IMG/VR virus record: IMGVR_UViG_3300048854_000060
Location: 6,604 to 70,603 of that record
Origin: a virus
Taxonomy: Duplodnaviria > Caudoviricetes
DNA: 64,000 nucleotides
Strand: one strand, 5' to 3'
Shown piece by piece: positions 1 to 8,046 of the stretch. The notes under the pieces are model-generated. The model ran no database searches, was not told where the DNA came from, and worked only from the letters and a program-made list of their open reading frames with translations. Position 1 is the first letter of the stretch; each line of letters begins with the position of its first letter. The position numbers and the translations under genes were made by a program.

Positions 1-264
1 TTCGACGCTATCTGCCGTAACAGTCGAGGCGACGGTACAAGCCGCATCGATAGTCGGCTGGATCTTCTTCAATGCAGCCGCACCCTTTGTGACGGTGGCG
101 TCGTTAGGATTGACCGCGGCGAGCGCAGCAATGTTTGCCTCTGCCGTCTTGATCGGCGCACAAAGGACAGAAGCGATTTGAGCCGGTTGCATAGCAGTCG
201 TTGCGCAGCCAGCGAAGACGAGCGCGGCGAAGCCTGCCGCAAGCAGCATGAGTTTGGATTTCAT
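1..264 (-). CDS. Lipoprotein (partial, runs off window), possible spanin/lysis accessory
   Basis: Translated by hand: MKSKLMLLAAGFAALVFAGC..., lipobox-like FAGC; follows a holin-like gene. Confidence 0.65.
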   Translation of the reverse strand, partial: MKSKLMLLAAGFAALVFAGCATTAMQPAQIASVLCAPIKTAEANIAALAAVNPNDATVTKGAAALKKIQPTIDAACTVASTVTADSVE

Positions 265-288
265 GGTGAGAACCTTCGGGAGAGGGGA

Positions 289-498
289 TTACTGAGCGGG
301 AGGGGTGGCGTCGGGTTTCTTTGAGCCGGAGTTAGTCACGACGTGGTATAGGCCCAAGCCGCCGAGACCAATCTTGATGTTCTCGACATAGTCCGTCGCG
401 GGCACTTTGCCGGTATAGACGAGGTATGACCATGCTGCGAACAGGACGCCGCCGACCACCAACTTTTGCATTGCGGGAGAGATGTTGCTGAAGTTCAC
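289..498 (-). CDS. Small membrane protein, putative holin
   Basis: 69 aa with two hydrophobic segments and a charged tail; lysis-region context. Confidence 0.55.
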   Translation of the reverse strand: MNFSNISPAMQKLVVGGVLFAAWSYLVYTGKVPATDYVENIKIGLGGLGLYHVVTNSGSKKPDATPPAQ

Positions 499-938
499 GT
501 GTGCTCCTTAAGTGGAATCTCGTCGGGCGAGAAGACGAAGTCGGCCCGCTTATTTCTTTGCATTACAAAGATAGGGTACGGAAGCATGTGGATGCCGTGG
601 TCCTTGGCGCGGTGGTGCCTCTCACACAGGACCATCATGTTGTATTCGGAGTCGATGAAATCAGACGGCTCCTTGTAGGTCGACCAGTCAAAAGTCGGAT
701 GCAACACGCGCATCTTGTCGAAGTCGATTCCGTCTGCATCGGCCCACTCGGCGTGGAAGTGATGCACTTCTCGACCTTCTTTCGAGCCGCATACCCAACA
801 AGGGGTATCGAGAACGGCCACGAGGTGGTGTTTGGTCTTGCGGAATAGAGGAGACTCAGTGCGCGGAGGATGGTCCGGGTAATAGCGGTCGATCTCAATC
901 GACTCGTGCTGTTCGTGCTCGTGTTTGATTGCAGGCAT
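495..938 (-). CDS. HNH-like Zn-binding protein
   Basis: CWVCG...EVHH...YNMMVLCERHH...H pattern; start moved to ATG 938, just past the terminator U-tract. Confidence 0.55.
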   Translation of the reverse strand: MPAIKHEHEQHESIEIDRYYPDHPPRTESPLFRKTKHHLVAVLDTPCWVCGSKEGREVHHFHAEWADADGIDFDKMRVLHPTFDWSTYKEPSDFIDSEYNMMVLCERHHRAKDHGIHMLPYPIFVMQRNKRADFVFSPDEIPLKEHT

Positions 939-982
939 AAAAAAGCCCGCAAGCGCGGGCCTCATAAGGGAGTGGGACTAGA

Positions 983-1267
983 TCAGGTGACTTGCAGCAG
1001 GAACCACTTGCGATTCGTGGCGCCAGTGCTATCGGTGATGACGCAAGCAATCTCGTATGCAACGCCGGTCGTACCACCAGATAGCCAGAACACGACTTGC
1101 GTTCCTTCGATGACGCCGGCTTGCGATAGCGTGATGCCTGTCGGAACGGTGATCGTTGCCGATACCAGCGTTGCGCCGGGCGCCAACTCCGCCGCCCATT
1201 CGAATGCATAGGGGAGCGTCGCTATCGGATCTTTCGGCGAAATCCTGTTGCTTGGAAGGCCAACCAT
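983..1267 (-). CDS. Phage fibre-tail adaptor-like protein
   Basis: KDP..TLPYAFEW and FWLSGGTTG.AYEIAC.ITDS pattern; follows a fibre-like gene. Confidence 0.6.
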   Translation of the reverse strand: MVGLPSNRISPKDPIATLPYAFEWAAELAPGATLVSATITVPTGITLSQAGVIEGTQVVFWLSGGTTGVAYEIACVITDSTGATNRKWFLLQVT

Positions 1268-1296
1268 AGTGAGTTCCAGAATGGCCGTGCGGCCTG

Positions 1297-3006
1297 TTAT
1301 CCGACTTTGAACACGCGCGTTTCGGGTGGTACAACGTATGTCCGCGTCTCGCCAGCGACCGTGAAGAGACGGTTCTCTGTGTAGACGTGGAAGACCGCGG
1401 GATTGACATCGGGCGATGTGATGACACCCGACGCGGCGCTACTGTTCGACTGTTGGGTGCTAGCGGCGCTTCCTACGACTGCGCTTGTAACGCGACCGAT
1501 TGCACTAGAAACGTTAGGCTGCTGCGCATCGTTGGCGGCACCGGTGACGCTCACCATGCCAATGGCGAGTGAGATGTTGCCGGCCTGCGTGGAGGCTGCG
1601 GTGCCAGCAAGTGGCGGCCACCCGATCAAGCCCGTTGCAGCAGTGACGTTGACGGCCTGAAGAGATGCCGACGATCCACGAATGGCGATACTGCCGACCG
1701 CCAGCGAGACGTTTTTACCCTGCGTCGATGCGCTGACTCCGGAGACGGCAACACTTCCGGTTGATGCGGAGACGTTAGGCGCTTGAGTACTCGCCGCACT
1801 GCCTTGAACGATGTTGCCGATGGCACCAGATGCGCTCGAGACATTCGGCGCCTGGGTGCTGGATGCTGCGCCAGCGATTGCGACTGCGCCAAATGCTGCC
1901 GAGATATTCGATGCTTGCAGAGATGCGCTTGCACCAGATACACGAACTGAGCCAGCCGCACTGTCGGTGTTGGGAGTCTGATTGGACGCCGCGGCACCGC
2001 CGACAACAACGGACCCGACGACAACACTGATATTCGATGCTTGAGTCGATGCCGCGACGCCAGAAACGCGCGCCGCACCGGATGCCGATGAAACATTGAC
2101 GGACTGACTACTTGCTGCGGAACCACGGATAGCAACAGAACCGCTTGCAGATGAGGCGTTCTTTGCTTGCGCGCTGGCGGACGAACCTGAAACAGCGATC
2201 GAGCCCGCGGCCGTCGAAACGTTGGCCGCCTGCGTTGATGCGGCAGCGCCGGTTACGCCAGTGCTGATGGTCATGGTTAGCCGGATTTGACCGCGCTTTC
2301 CTGACCCGCCGCTATTCGAACCCCACCCACCGCCTCCCGCACCGCCGCCAGGCAAACCGCCATCGCCACCGACCGTGCCACCACCATTGCCTGCTGCGCC
2401 GCCTCCGCCCCCGCCTCCATTAGCGTTGTCTGCCCCAACGCCGCCGCTGCCAGCGCTTGTCCCAGCCGTACCGCCTGCGCCGCCGGCTATGCCGTTATCG
2501 CCAGCGCCCCCGGCTCCGCCGTTTGTGGTGCTGAATGCCGCACCAGCAACCCCTGCACCATCGGGGCCGGCACAACCACCACCACCGCCGCCACCCATGC
2601 CGCTCGTATTGGTGCCGGCGCCTCCGTTGCCGCCCGGAAACTTCACCGTGCCGACTACGCCGGTTGTCGTTGCACCTATGCCGCCAGCCGCGGTGTTTGT
2701 GCCGCCACCACCGTTAGCTGAACAGATCGCATTTGCGAGCGTCGTGCCGCCGAATCGAACGCCAGTTCCATTCGTGCCGTTGACGTTGTCGCCGCCAGTG
2801 CCGATGGCGTAGGGGATAGGCCACGTCAGGCCTGTGACATTCGAGACGCTTGAATAGCCGCCGCCACCGGACCCGCCACCAGATGCGGGCGGGTTGTTGC
2901 CAGAGCCGCCAGAATCGCCAAAGCACTCAACCTTGTCGAGACTGACGAATCCCGCCGGCTGGGCGAAACTCGTTCCCGATGTGAGAGTGACAACTGTCTG
3001 CGCCAT
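1297..3006 (-). CDS. Virion fibre-like protein: Gly-rich N-domain plus 13 tandem ~21-aa repeats
   Basis: Repeats of GxAASTQAxNVSxAxG counted in the translation. Confidence 0.7.
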   Translation of the reverse strand: MAQTVVTLTSGTSFAQPAGFVSLDKVECFGDSGGSGNNPPASGGGSGGGGYSSVSNVTGLTWPIPYAIGTGGDNVNGTNGTGVRFGGTTLANAICSANGGGGTNTAAGGIGATTTGVVGTVKFPGGNGGAGTNTSGMGGGGGGGCAGPDGAGVAGAAFSTTNGGAGGAGDNGIAGGAGGTAGTSAGSGGVGADNANGGGGGGGAAGNGGGTVGGDGGLPGGGAGGGGWGSNSGGSGKRGQIRLTMTISTGVTGAAASTQAANVSTAAGSIAVSGSSASAQAKNASSASGSVAIRGSAASSQSVNVSSASGAARVSGVAASTQASNISVVVGSVVVGGAAASNQTPNTDSAAGSVRVSGASASLQASNISAAFGAVAIAGAASSTQAPNVSSASGAIGNIVQGSAASTQAPNVSASTGSVAVSGVSASTQGKNVSLAVGSIAIRGSSASLQAVNVTAATGLIGWPPLAGTAASTQAGNISLAIGMVSVTGAANDAQQPNVSSAIGRVTSAVVGSAASTQQSNSSAASGVITSPDVNPAVFHVYTENRLFTVAGETRTYVVPPETRVFKVG

Positions 3007-3032
3007 ATGAACGCCTCAGTTGGCGGGATTGC

Positions 3033-3446
3033 TTATTGGCCGTTGGTCAACGTCCATGAGGTCACGGATACTGTCTGTCCCGTTGCGATGCTGGTTGTGC
3101 CGGTCAGGTTCAGATCGGCTCCAGACGTGCCGACGCTCCCGTCGATCAGCGCAGTGCCGCCCGATGTGGTGAGGCGATACCAGGTGGCCGCCGTGCCAGC
3201 ACCAGCACCCGCAGTACCGGTGCCATTGCCAATCGCGCCGACCGTGAGGACGCCGGCCGATGCAGTACCGAAGGTCGCCGCACACGTATGGGTCGAAAGC
3301 GCCACTTGGGACGTAACCGCCGTGTCGGGTGATGCGGGCTGCGTGCCGCTATAGAGCGTGAGGACGGCAGAAGCGCCGGCAGCGGTGCTGATTGCCGTTT
3401 GTTGCGATGTACGGAGTGCCGCGCTGTACTTCAGATTTGAGGCCAT
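3033..3446 (-). CDS. Virion structural protein (fibre-module associated)
   Basis: Ala/Gly/Thr-rich beta protein of a type commonly found before phage fibre genes. Confidence 0.55.
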   Translation of the reverse strand: MASNLKYSAALRTSQQTAISTAAGASAVLTLYSGTQPASPDTAVTSQVALSTHTCAATFGTASAGVLTVGAIGNGTGTAGAGAGTAATWYRLTTSGGTALIDGSVGTSGADLNLTGTTSIATGQTVSVTSWTLTNGQ

Positions 3447-3527
3447 TCATTTCCTCTGGACGTAAAAAAGGCCGCTGGGCGGCTTATGCGTGATACGAAT
3501 ATTTGGCAAATATGCGCGAGACAGATA

Positions 3528-3977
3528 TCAGGAGAGGTCGAGCGAACTGAGTCCGTGAGCCTTGATGATCGAAACGATCTTCTGCGCATAGAGCGGGTCG
3601 GTGGCGTAACCTGCTGCGGCGACGGCCTGAGCGAATAGAGCACCAGTCGTGTAGGCGAATGCAGGCTGATACCGCTTGTTCGTCAACAGGAACTGCGCAT
3701 GGTCTGTGATCGAGCCCAGCCAGTCGGAATACGCGCGAAACTTGGCCGTAATCATCACCGTTTTGCCGTTGACCACCTCGTGCGTGATCTGCGTCGTGAC
3801 TGGGCCTTTCCACGAAGGATCGGCCTTGATGCCGAACAGGTTCATGCCCGGAGCGTGAGCGCCCCACGCAGACTCCAGAGCACCTTGAGCGACAGTGAAG
3901 CTGGCCGGGATTTTTGTCGTCTTGGCGGACGCTTTGGCAGCAGGGGAAACTGCCTTGATGAAGTCGTCGGGAGTCAT
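3528..3977 (-). CDS. Endolysin, GH73 glucosaminidase (FlgJ-like)
   Basis: AQGALESAWG, NLFGIKA, FRAY and GYATDP.Y motifs. Confidence 0.9.
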   Translation of the reverse strand: MTPDDFIKAVSPAAKASAKTTKIPASFTVAQGALESAWGAHAPGMNLFGIKADPSWKGPVTTQITHEVVNGKTVMITAKFRAYSDWLGSITDHAQFLLTNKRYQPAFAYTTGALFAQAVAAAGYATDPLYAQKIVSIIKAHGLSSLDLS

Positions 3978-4303
3978 TTGTCGGCCTTCGTATCAATTTT
4001 CTTGTGCATCTCAGCGAAGCCGTCCCGGGTCTCTTTCGAGTTTTGGTTGACAGCTTCGATGAGGCGCTCAATTGAACGCTCGAGACTGCCTACCGCCTTT
4101 GTCAGTTCGGTTTGCGTCACGTAGTGCTCCGCCACATAAAGTCGGTGCCCCTCAAGGGATTTGGAAACCTCCTTGATCGCCTCTCCGTGTTCCTGGATGA
4201 CTTTGTCGCGCGCCGCTTCTGAGCGCTGCCACAGCCACGCAAATACACCGCTCACCGCGGCAAAACCCGCGCAACCAACCTCAACAACGGCGGTGAAATC
4301 CAT
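3974..4303 (-). CDS. Holin-like protein (N-terminal TM plus coiled coil)
   Basis: MDFTAVVEVGCAGFAAVSGVFAWLWQR then helical region; overlaps endolysin start. Confidence 0.55.
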   Translation of the reverse strand: MDFTAVVEVGCAGFAAVSGVFAWLWQRSEAARDKVIQEHGEAIKEVSKSLEGHRLYVAEHYVTQTELTKAVGSLERSIERLIEAVNQNSKETRDGFAEMHKKIDTKADK

Positions 4304-4368
4304 TCGAATCCCGAAAATGAAAAAACCGCCTCGGTGGGCGGCTTGGTGGTCTGAATATTTTGTCGAAA

Positions 4369-4410
4369 CACAACAAATATGTTGCACAACATTCGTGTTG
4401 TGTTTATACT
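4369..4410 (+). promoter_or_regulatory. hicAB sigma70 promoter with two tandem palindromic operators
   Basis: TTGCAC(4382)-17-TATACT(4405); CACAAC-N6-GTTGCA (4369-4386) and CACAAC-N6-GTTGTG (4385-4402). Confidence 0.75.
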
Positions 4411-4439
4411 GACTTCACTGACACAAACAACGGAGGGGT

Positions 4440-4619
4440 ATGAAATACAGCGAGTTTAAGAAGTGGCTCAAAAAGCAGGGCGCGACGTTCACGCCAGCCA
4501 AAGGTAGCCACTTCCGGGTAACTCTTAATGGCAAAACGACTATCTTCCCGGATCACGGATCAAAGGAAATCGGTACGGGGCTGGTCGAGACGATTAAGAA
4601 ACAACTCGGATTGAAATGA
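4440..4619 (+). CDS. hicA: HicA mRNA interferase toxin (59 aa, missing from ORF track)
   Basis: MKYSEFKKWLKKQG...KGSHF...PDHGSKEIGTGL..I.KQLGL; RBS GGAGG. Confidence 0.93.
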   Translation: MKYSEFKKWLKKQGATFTPAKGSHFRVTLNGKTTIFPDHGSKEIGTGLVETIKKQLGLK

Positions 4620-4689
4620 GGGAGGTGGCCCGAAAGGGCTGCTTCTCCAACTCGCTCTCATGCACCTCAGTACACGGAATGGAGTCCAT

Positions 4690-5109
4690 ATGTACGCGTA
4701 TCCTGTAAAAACCAAGCTGGACAGCAACGGGGAGTTGCTGGTTACCTTCCCGGATATACCGGAAGCAATCACGACCTCGGCCACTGCTGGTGATGTTGTC
4801 CGATTCGGAACGGAAGCGCTTGAGAGCGCGTTCGAGATCTACTTTGACGAGCGACGGGAAATCCCTGAGCCATCCAAGCCAAAGCGCGGACAGATGACTG
4901 TTCAGCTCTCTGCTTTGGTAACGGCCAAGGTTCTTCTTGCCAATGAGATGGTTCGACAAGGCGTGCGCAAGGCTGACCTTGCCAGGCGGCTGAACGTCCA
5001 CGGCCCCCAAGTCGATCGACTCCTGGATACCCGCCATTCGTCCAAGATCGATGCAATCGAGTCCGCGTTCGAGTCCTTGGGCAAACGGCTGGAAATTTCT
5101 GTCGCCTGA
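4690..5109 (+). CDS. hicB: HicB antitoxin with C-terminal HTH
   Basis: LVTFPDIPEAIT and KADLARRL...QVDRLLD..H.SKID motifs; downstream of hicA. Confidence 0.93.
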   Translation: MYAYPVKTKLDSNGELLVTFPDIPEAITTSATAGDVVRFGTEALESAFEIYFDERREIPEPSKPKRGQMTVQLSALVTAKVLLANEMVRQGVRKADLARRLNVHGPQVDRLLDTRHSSKIDAIESAFESLGKRLEISVA

Positions 5110-5128
5110 CACAGCCGCGCCCAACACC

Positions 5129-5160
5129 AAGCCGCCCAGCGAAAGCTCGGCGGCTTTTTT
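5129..5160 (+). terminator. Intrinsic terminator after hicB
   Basis: GCCGCC...GGCGGC stem, GAAA loop, T6. Confidence 0.8.
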
Positions 5161-5175
5161 GTTGTGATTTATCGC

Positions 5176-5204
5176 TTGACGAATGACCCCAATGGGGCTA
5201 ATAT
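5176..5204 (+). promoter_or_regulatory. sigma70 promoter with palindromic spacer
   Basis: TTGACG-17-TAATAT; spacer contains CCCC-AAT-GGGG. Confidence 0.65.
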
Positions 5205-5306
5205 TTTCAGCACAGGGCGGCCTTTCCGGCAACCCGCCATCTCCGAAAGGAAGAATCGTGAAATACTCTTTTCGTGCCGCCGCGCGCACAATTGGACGAA
5301 CCCTTC

Positions 5307-5603
5307 ATGCTCTACAAGGCCCTCACGACCGACGACTTGGCACGCCTTCAGAAGGGGTTGGGCTTTACCGGTGCCCAGATGGCCAAGTTGCTCGGCGTAT
5401 CAAGCGACAAACAGTACCGGAAATACACGGGCGGGAAGAAGCCGCGCGTGGTGAGCATGCACATGCTGTTCTGGGCTATGGCGCATCGCGTTCTCAAGCA
5501 GAAAGACATCGAGACCGTGTACGACGCGATGCGAGAGGCCGGAGCGGTGCTCGACCCCAACGCCGATCCTGCCCCGGAGCAGGATGGAGAGCCGCAGCCA
5601 TAG
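5307..5603 (+). CDS. XRE-like HTH transcriptional regulator
   Basis: LGFTGAQMAKLLGVSSDKQYRKYTGG helix-turn-helix. Confidence 0.75.
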   Translation: MLYKALTTDDLARLQKGLGFTGAQMAKLLGVSSDKQYRKYTGGKKPRVVSMHMLFWAMAHRVLKQKDIETVYDAMREAGAVLDPNADPAPEQDGEPQP

Positions 5604-5605
5604 CA

Positions 5606-6325
5606 ATGACGCTCGGCTGCGCTGCTGTGAGTGCGCGGGCTGAGTCGTTTTTCCAGATCGAAGCGGGCCTTGGCGTGACCTCAGCGCAGAAGGTCGGAGA
5701 TGGAATTTTCTATTCCAAGGGCTTCAGCCATTCAACGCCGAACGGATCTTGGGGCGGTCGCGCCGGTATCGTCCTGAATCTCGTTGACGCGCCAGTCCGC
5801 TCCATCATCCCCGGCCTTCGTGTACATGCCGACTACTACAACTTCGGCAAGGTCAAATGGTCCAGCATGAATCCGCAGGACAGCGCCGACTTCTCCAGCA
5901 TCGGGCAGCAGGGCGGCTACAACGTCAAGACCGGATCGTGTGTCGACGACAATTGCGGTGTGTTCCGCAAGTTTGATAGCACTGGCGGAATTCAGGCAAT
6001 AGCTATCACGGTTGAACCGTTCTGGAACATAGGAGGCGCCTGGCAACTCGGCGTCGAAGCCGGTCCCGCTCTGTATCGCGCAACATGGACGTCTGTCGCA
6101 ACGGCGATGTCAGATGGACGATTCGGGCCAGCTGGAACACAGGAAACCTTGTCGCATCAGCCGCGGGTGCAACTCGGCGCGCTCGCCGGCGTCAGCCTCT
6201 CGCGCGGCCCATTGTCACTCCGCGCCAACTATCTCTATGCGCCCGTAGCCTACAAAGCTGACAGCTCCGATGTGCCGGCCGGGATCAAGGGCGAGTTTAT
6301 GCTCTCGCTTAGCTATGCGTGGTGA
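5606..6325 (+). CDS. Outer-membrane beta-barrel protein (Ail/Lom-like moron); start uncertain
   Basis: Signal peptidase site ARA|ESFF, alternating beta strands, terminal aromatic (SLSYAW). Confidence 0.75.
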   Translation: MTLGCAAVSARAESFFQIEAGLGVTSAQKVGDGIFYSKGFSHSTPNGSWGGRAGIVLNLVDAPVRSIIPGLRVHADYYNFGKVKWSSMNPQDSADFSSIGQQGGYNVKTGSCVDDNCGVFRKFDSTGGIQAIAITVEPFWNIGGAWQLGVEAGPALYRATWTSVATAMSDGRFGPAGTQETLSHQPRVQLGALAGVSLSRGPLSLRANYLYAPVAYKADSSDVPAGIKGEFMLSLSYAW

Positions 6326-6421
6326 GTAGTAATTTTCGCCCGATGTCTAGCAAGTTTCGGTAATATCCATCGTTTGATCGGCCCGAATCGCGCCCGCGCA
6401 CATCTTATAAACTGGACGAAA

Positions 6422-6547
6422 ATGAACCAAGCTAAACGATTGAACACCAAAAATACGGCAGTACCAGAAAAACCCACGCGGGCTCAGTATGCGATCGCCG
6501 TTCTCGTTATCGCACTGATGGTGCTGACTTTCGTCCTGTACACCTAG
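6422..6547 (+). CDS. 41-aa single-TM peptide
   Basis: MNQAKRLNTKNTAVPEKPTRAQYAIAVLVIALMVLTFVLYT. Confidence 0.55.
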   Translation: MNQAKRLNTKNTAVPEKPTRAQYAIAVLVIALMVLTFVLYT

Positions 6548-6555
6548 AGGCTACA

Positions 6556-6651
6556 GTGAAAAATAAAGAAAGATGGATAAAGGCATTTCTAGTGCTCATA
6601 TGCGTAATAGCCATTCTCTTTATCGCTAACTCTGGCTCTTTTTCGCTGTAG
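6556..6651 (+). CDS. 31-aa single-TM peptide
   Basis: GTG start with GAGG RBS; MKNKERWIKAFLVLICVIAILFIANSGSFSL. Confidence 0.5.
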   Translation: MKNKERWIKAFLVLICVIAILFIANSGSFSL

Positions 6652-7794
6652 TCAGCGTGGGATGGACACGGACCAATCAGGGGGAACCGTAAGTTCGTAA
6701 GAACCTTGCGCCTCAGTGATCGACCATGTCTTCCAAACGCCCGCCTGAAAGTGCGTTGCACTAGCAAGCAGGATCGTTCCTGCAAACAGTGCTGCGGCTC
6801 TAGCAATGGTTCTGCTGCGCGCGGTCGCGGCTGACAGGATCGCCGCCCATCCGAACATCAGAATTGGAATATATAGGTAGCGGCTTCCTGCGCCGTACCA
6901 TACGAACTCCGTGGCGTATCCATTGACCCGGTGCGCTCCAAGTGCCCATATAGAAATGCCGACCGCGCAGATGAAGCCGCCAGCCATGGCCGAATCACTA
7001 CCGGCGATGATAATCATCAGCCAGGCGGCCATCATCCAGCCAAGCCAAAGCGGAGCGTGACCTGGAAGCAGATCTGCGAATAACTCTCGCGGCACTCGGT
7101 GCAACCAGTCGACATGGCCCGCAGGCGGCGTTGCCGCGGGATGCGTGAGCATGACCCAGGCTTGCCCGGCTACTGCGGCGAAGTAGAGTGACAGCCACAC
7201 GATATGTTTTGGCGTCAAGGCTTTCCGTTTCCAGATGGCTACGAGCCCCGCAGCAGGTGCGACCAACACACCAAACGGCCCAGTCAAGGCCAGTGCAGCA
7301 GTAGCTGCGGCACGTGGTGCGATCCATCGTGTTGAGGCATCAAAAAGACATTCCCAAAGCAATATTATGAGCGCCGGGAACATCATCCATTGCAGGTTAG
7401 TGATCGACAGAAGAACCTCACCCTGTTGCGGAGAGAGGACTGATGCCAATCCAATCGGGATCGCTATAACAGGGATTGGAATGACGTAAGCGATATAGGC
7501 GCAAGACGCCGCCGTCAATATCAGGCTTGCTGCCACAAACACGTAAGGAGCAGCACTGATCGGCGACAACATCAACTGCGCATATGCGATCAGCCGCGGC
7601 AACAGATGCAGATAGCCGGCGTAGTCAAACAGGATGGAGTGCGCGCCTAGTTGATGCGCTTGGGCGATGAATACGCTCGCGTCTTCCGCCCACAGAAAAC
7701 CATGGGCGAGTCGATCGGGAGCCCGGAACCAGATAATAATTATGGCGAGAAAAAAGACAAGCGCAGCTCGAGCGCGGGGGCTGATGGTGTTCAT
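6652..7794 (-). CDS. Polytopic membrane protein, GT-C/Gtr-type surface-glycan modifying transferase
   Basis: About 10 hydrophobic segments; periplasmic LWAED..F...YAGYLHLLPR loop typical of this family. Confidence 0.65.
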   Translation of the reverse strand: MNTISPRARAALVFFLAIIIIWFRAPDRLAHGFLWAEDASVFIAQAHQLGAHSILFDYAGYLHLLPRLIAYAQLMLSPISAAPYVFVAASLILTAASCAYIAYVIPIPVIAIPIGLASVLSPQQGEVLLSITNLQWMMFPALIILLWECLFDASTRWIAPRAAATAALALTGPFGVLVAPAAGLVAIWKRKALTPKHIVWLSLYFAAVAGQAWVMLTHPAATPPAGHVDWLHRVPRELFADLLPGHAPLWLGWMMAAWLMIIIAGSDSAMAGGFICAVGISIWALGAHRVNGYATEFVWYGAGSRYLYIPILMFGWAAILSAATARSRTIARAAALFAGTILLASATHFQAGVWKTWSITEAQGSYELTVPPDWSVSIPR

Positions 7795-7801
7795 GGCCGG
7801 G

Positions 7802-7830
7802 AAGATAGCAAACCCCCGGCATGCCGTCCA
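7802..7830 (-). promoter_or_regulatory. Moron promoter, probably leaderless
   Basis: TGGACG-17-(TGc)TATCTT ending 7 nt before ATG 7794; no SD. Confidence 0.5.
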
Positions 7831-7859
7831 TGAAATTCCAATGACACGGCGCCCGACAG

Positions 7860-8045
7860 CTACAACTCCTGAACCTCAGGAGCCGTATAAACCCCGTCGA
7901 TATATGTGCCGCCAATCTGCATCGTGTCAGATTGGATTGCTGTACATCCTTTTGGTGGCATCCAATCGGATGACCCATCCCAGAGTACGCTGTTGATAAT
8001 CGCGCCGGATGCGTCTACTACAGCATAGGATTTGATTTCATTCAT
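7860..8045 (-). CDS. Small tail-fibre assembly-like protein
   Basis: YAVVD..G.IIN.VLWDG motif directly after tail fibre. Confidence 0.6.
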   Translation of the reverse strand: MNEIKSYAVVDASGAIINSVLWDGSSDWMPPKGCTAIQSDTMQIGGTYIDGVYTAPEVQEL

Positions 8046-8046
8046 G

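Noticed and set aside
5606-6325. PagL-like lipid A deacylase call for the beta-barrel
   Set aside because: No HxSN catalytic motif visible; kept as a generic barrel.
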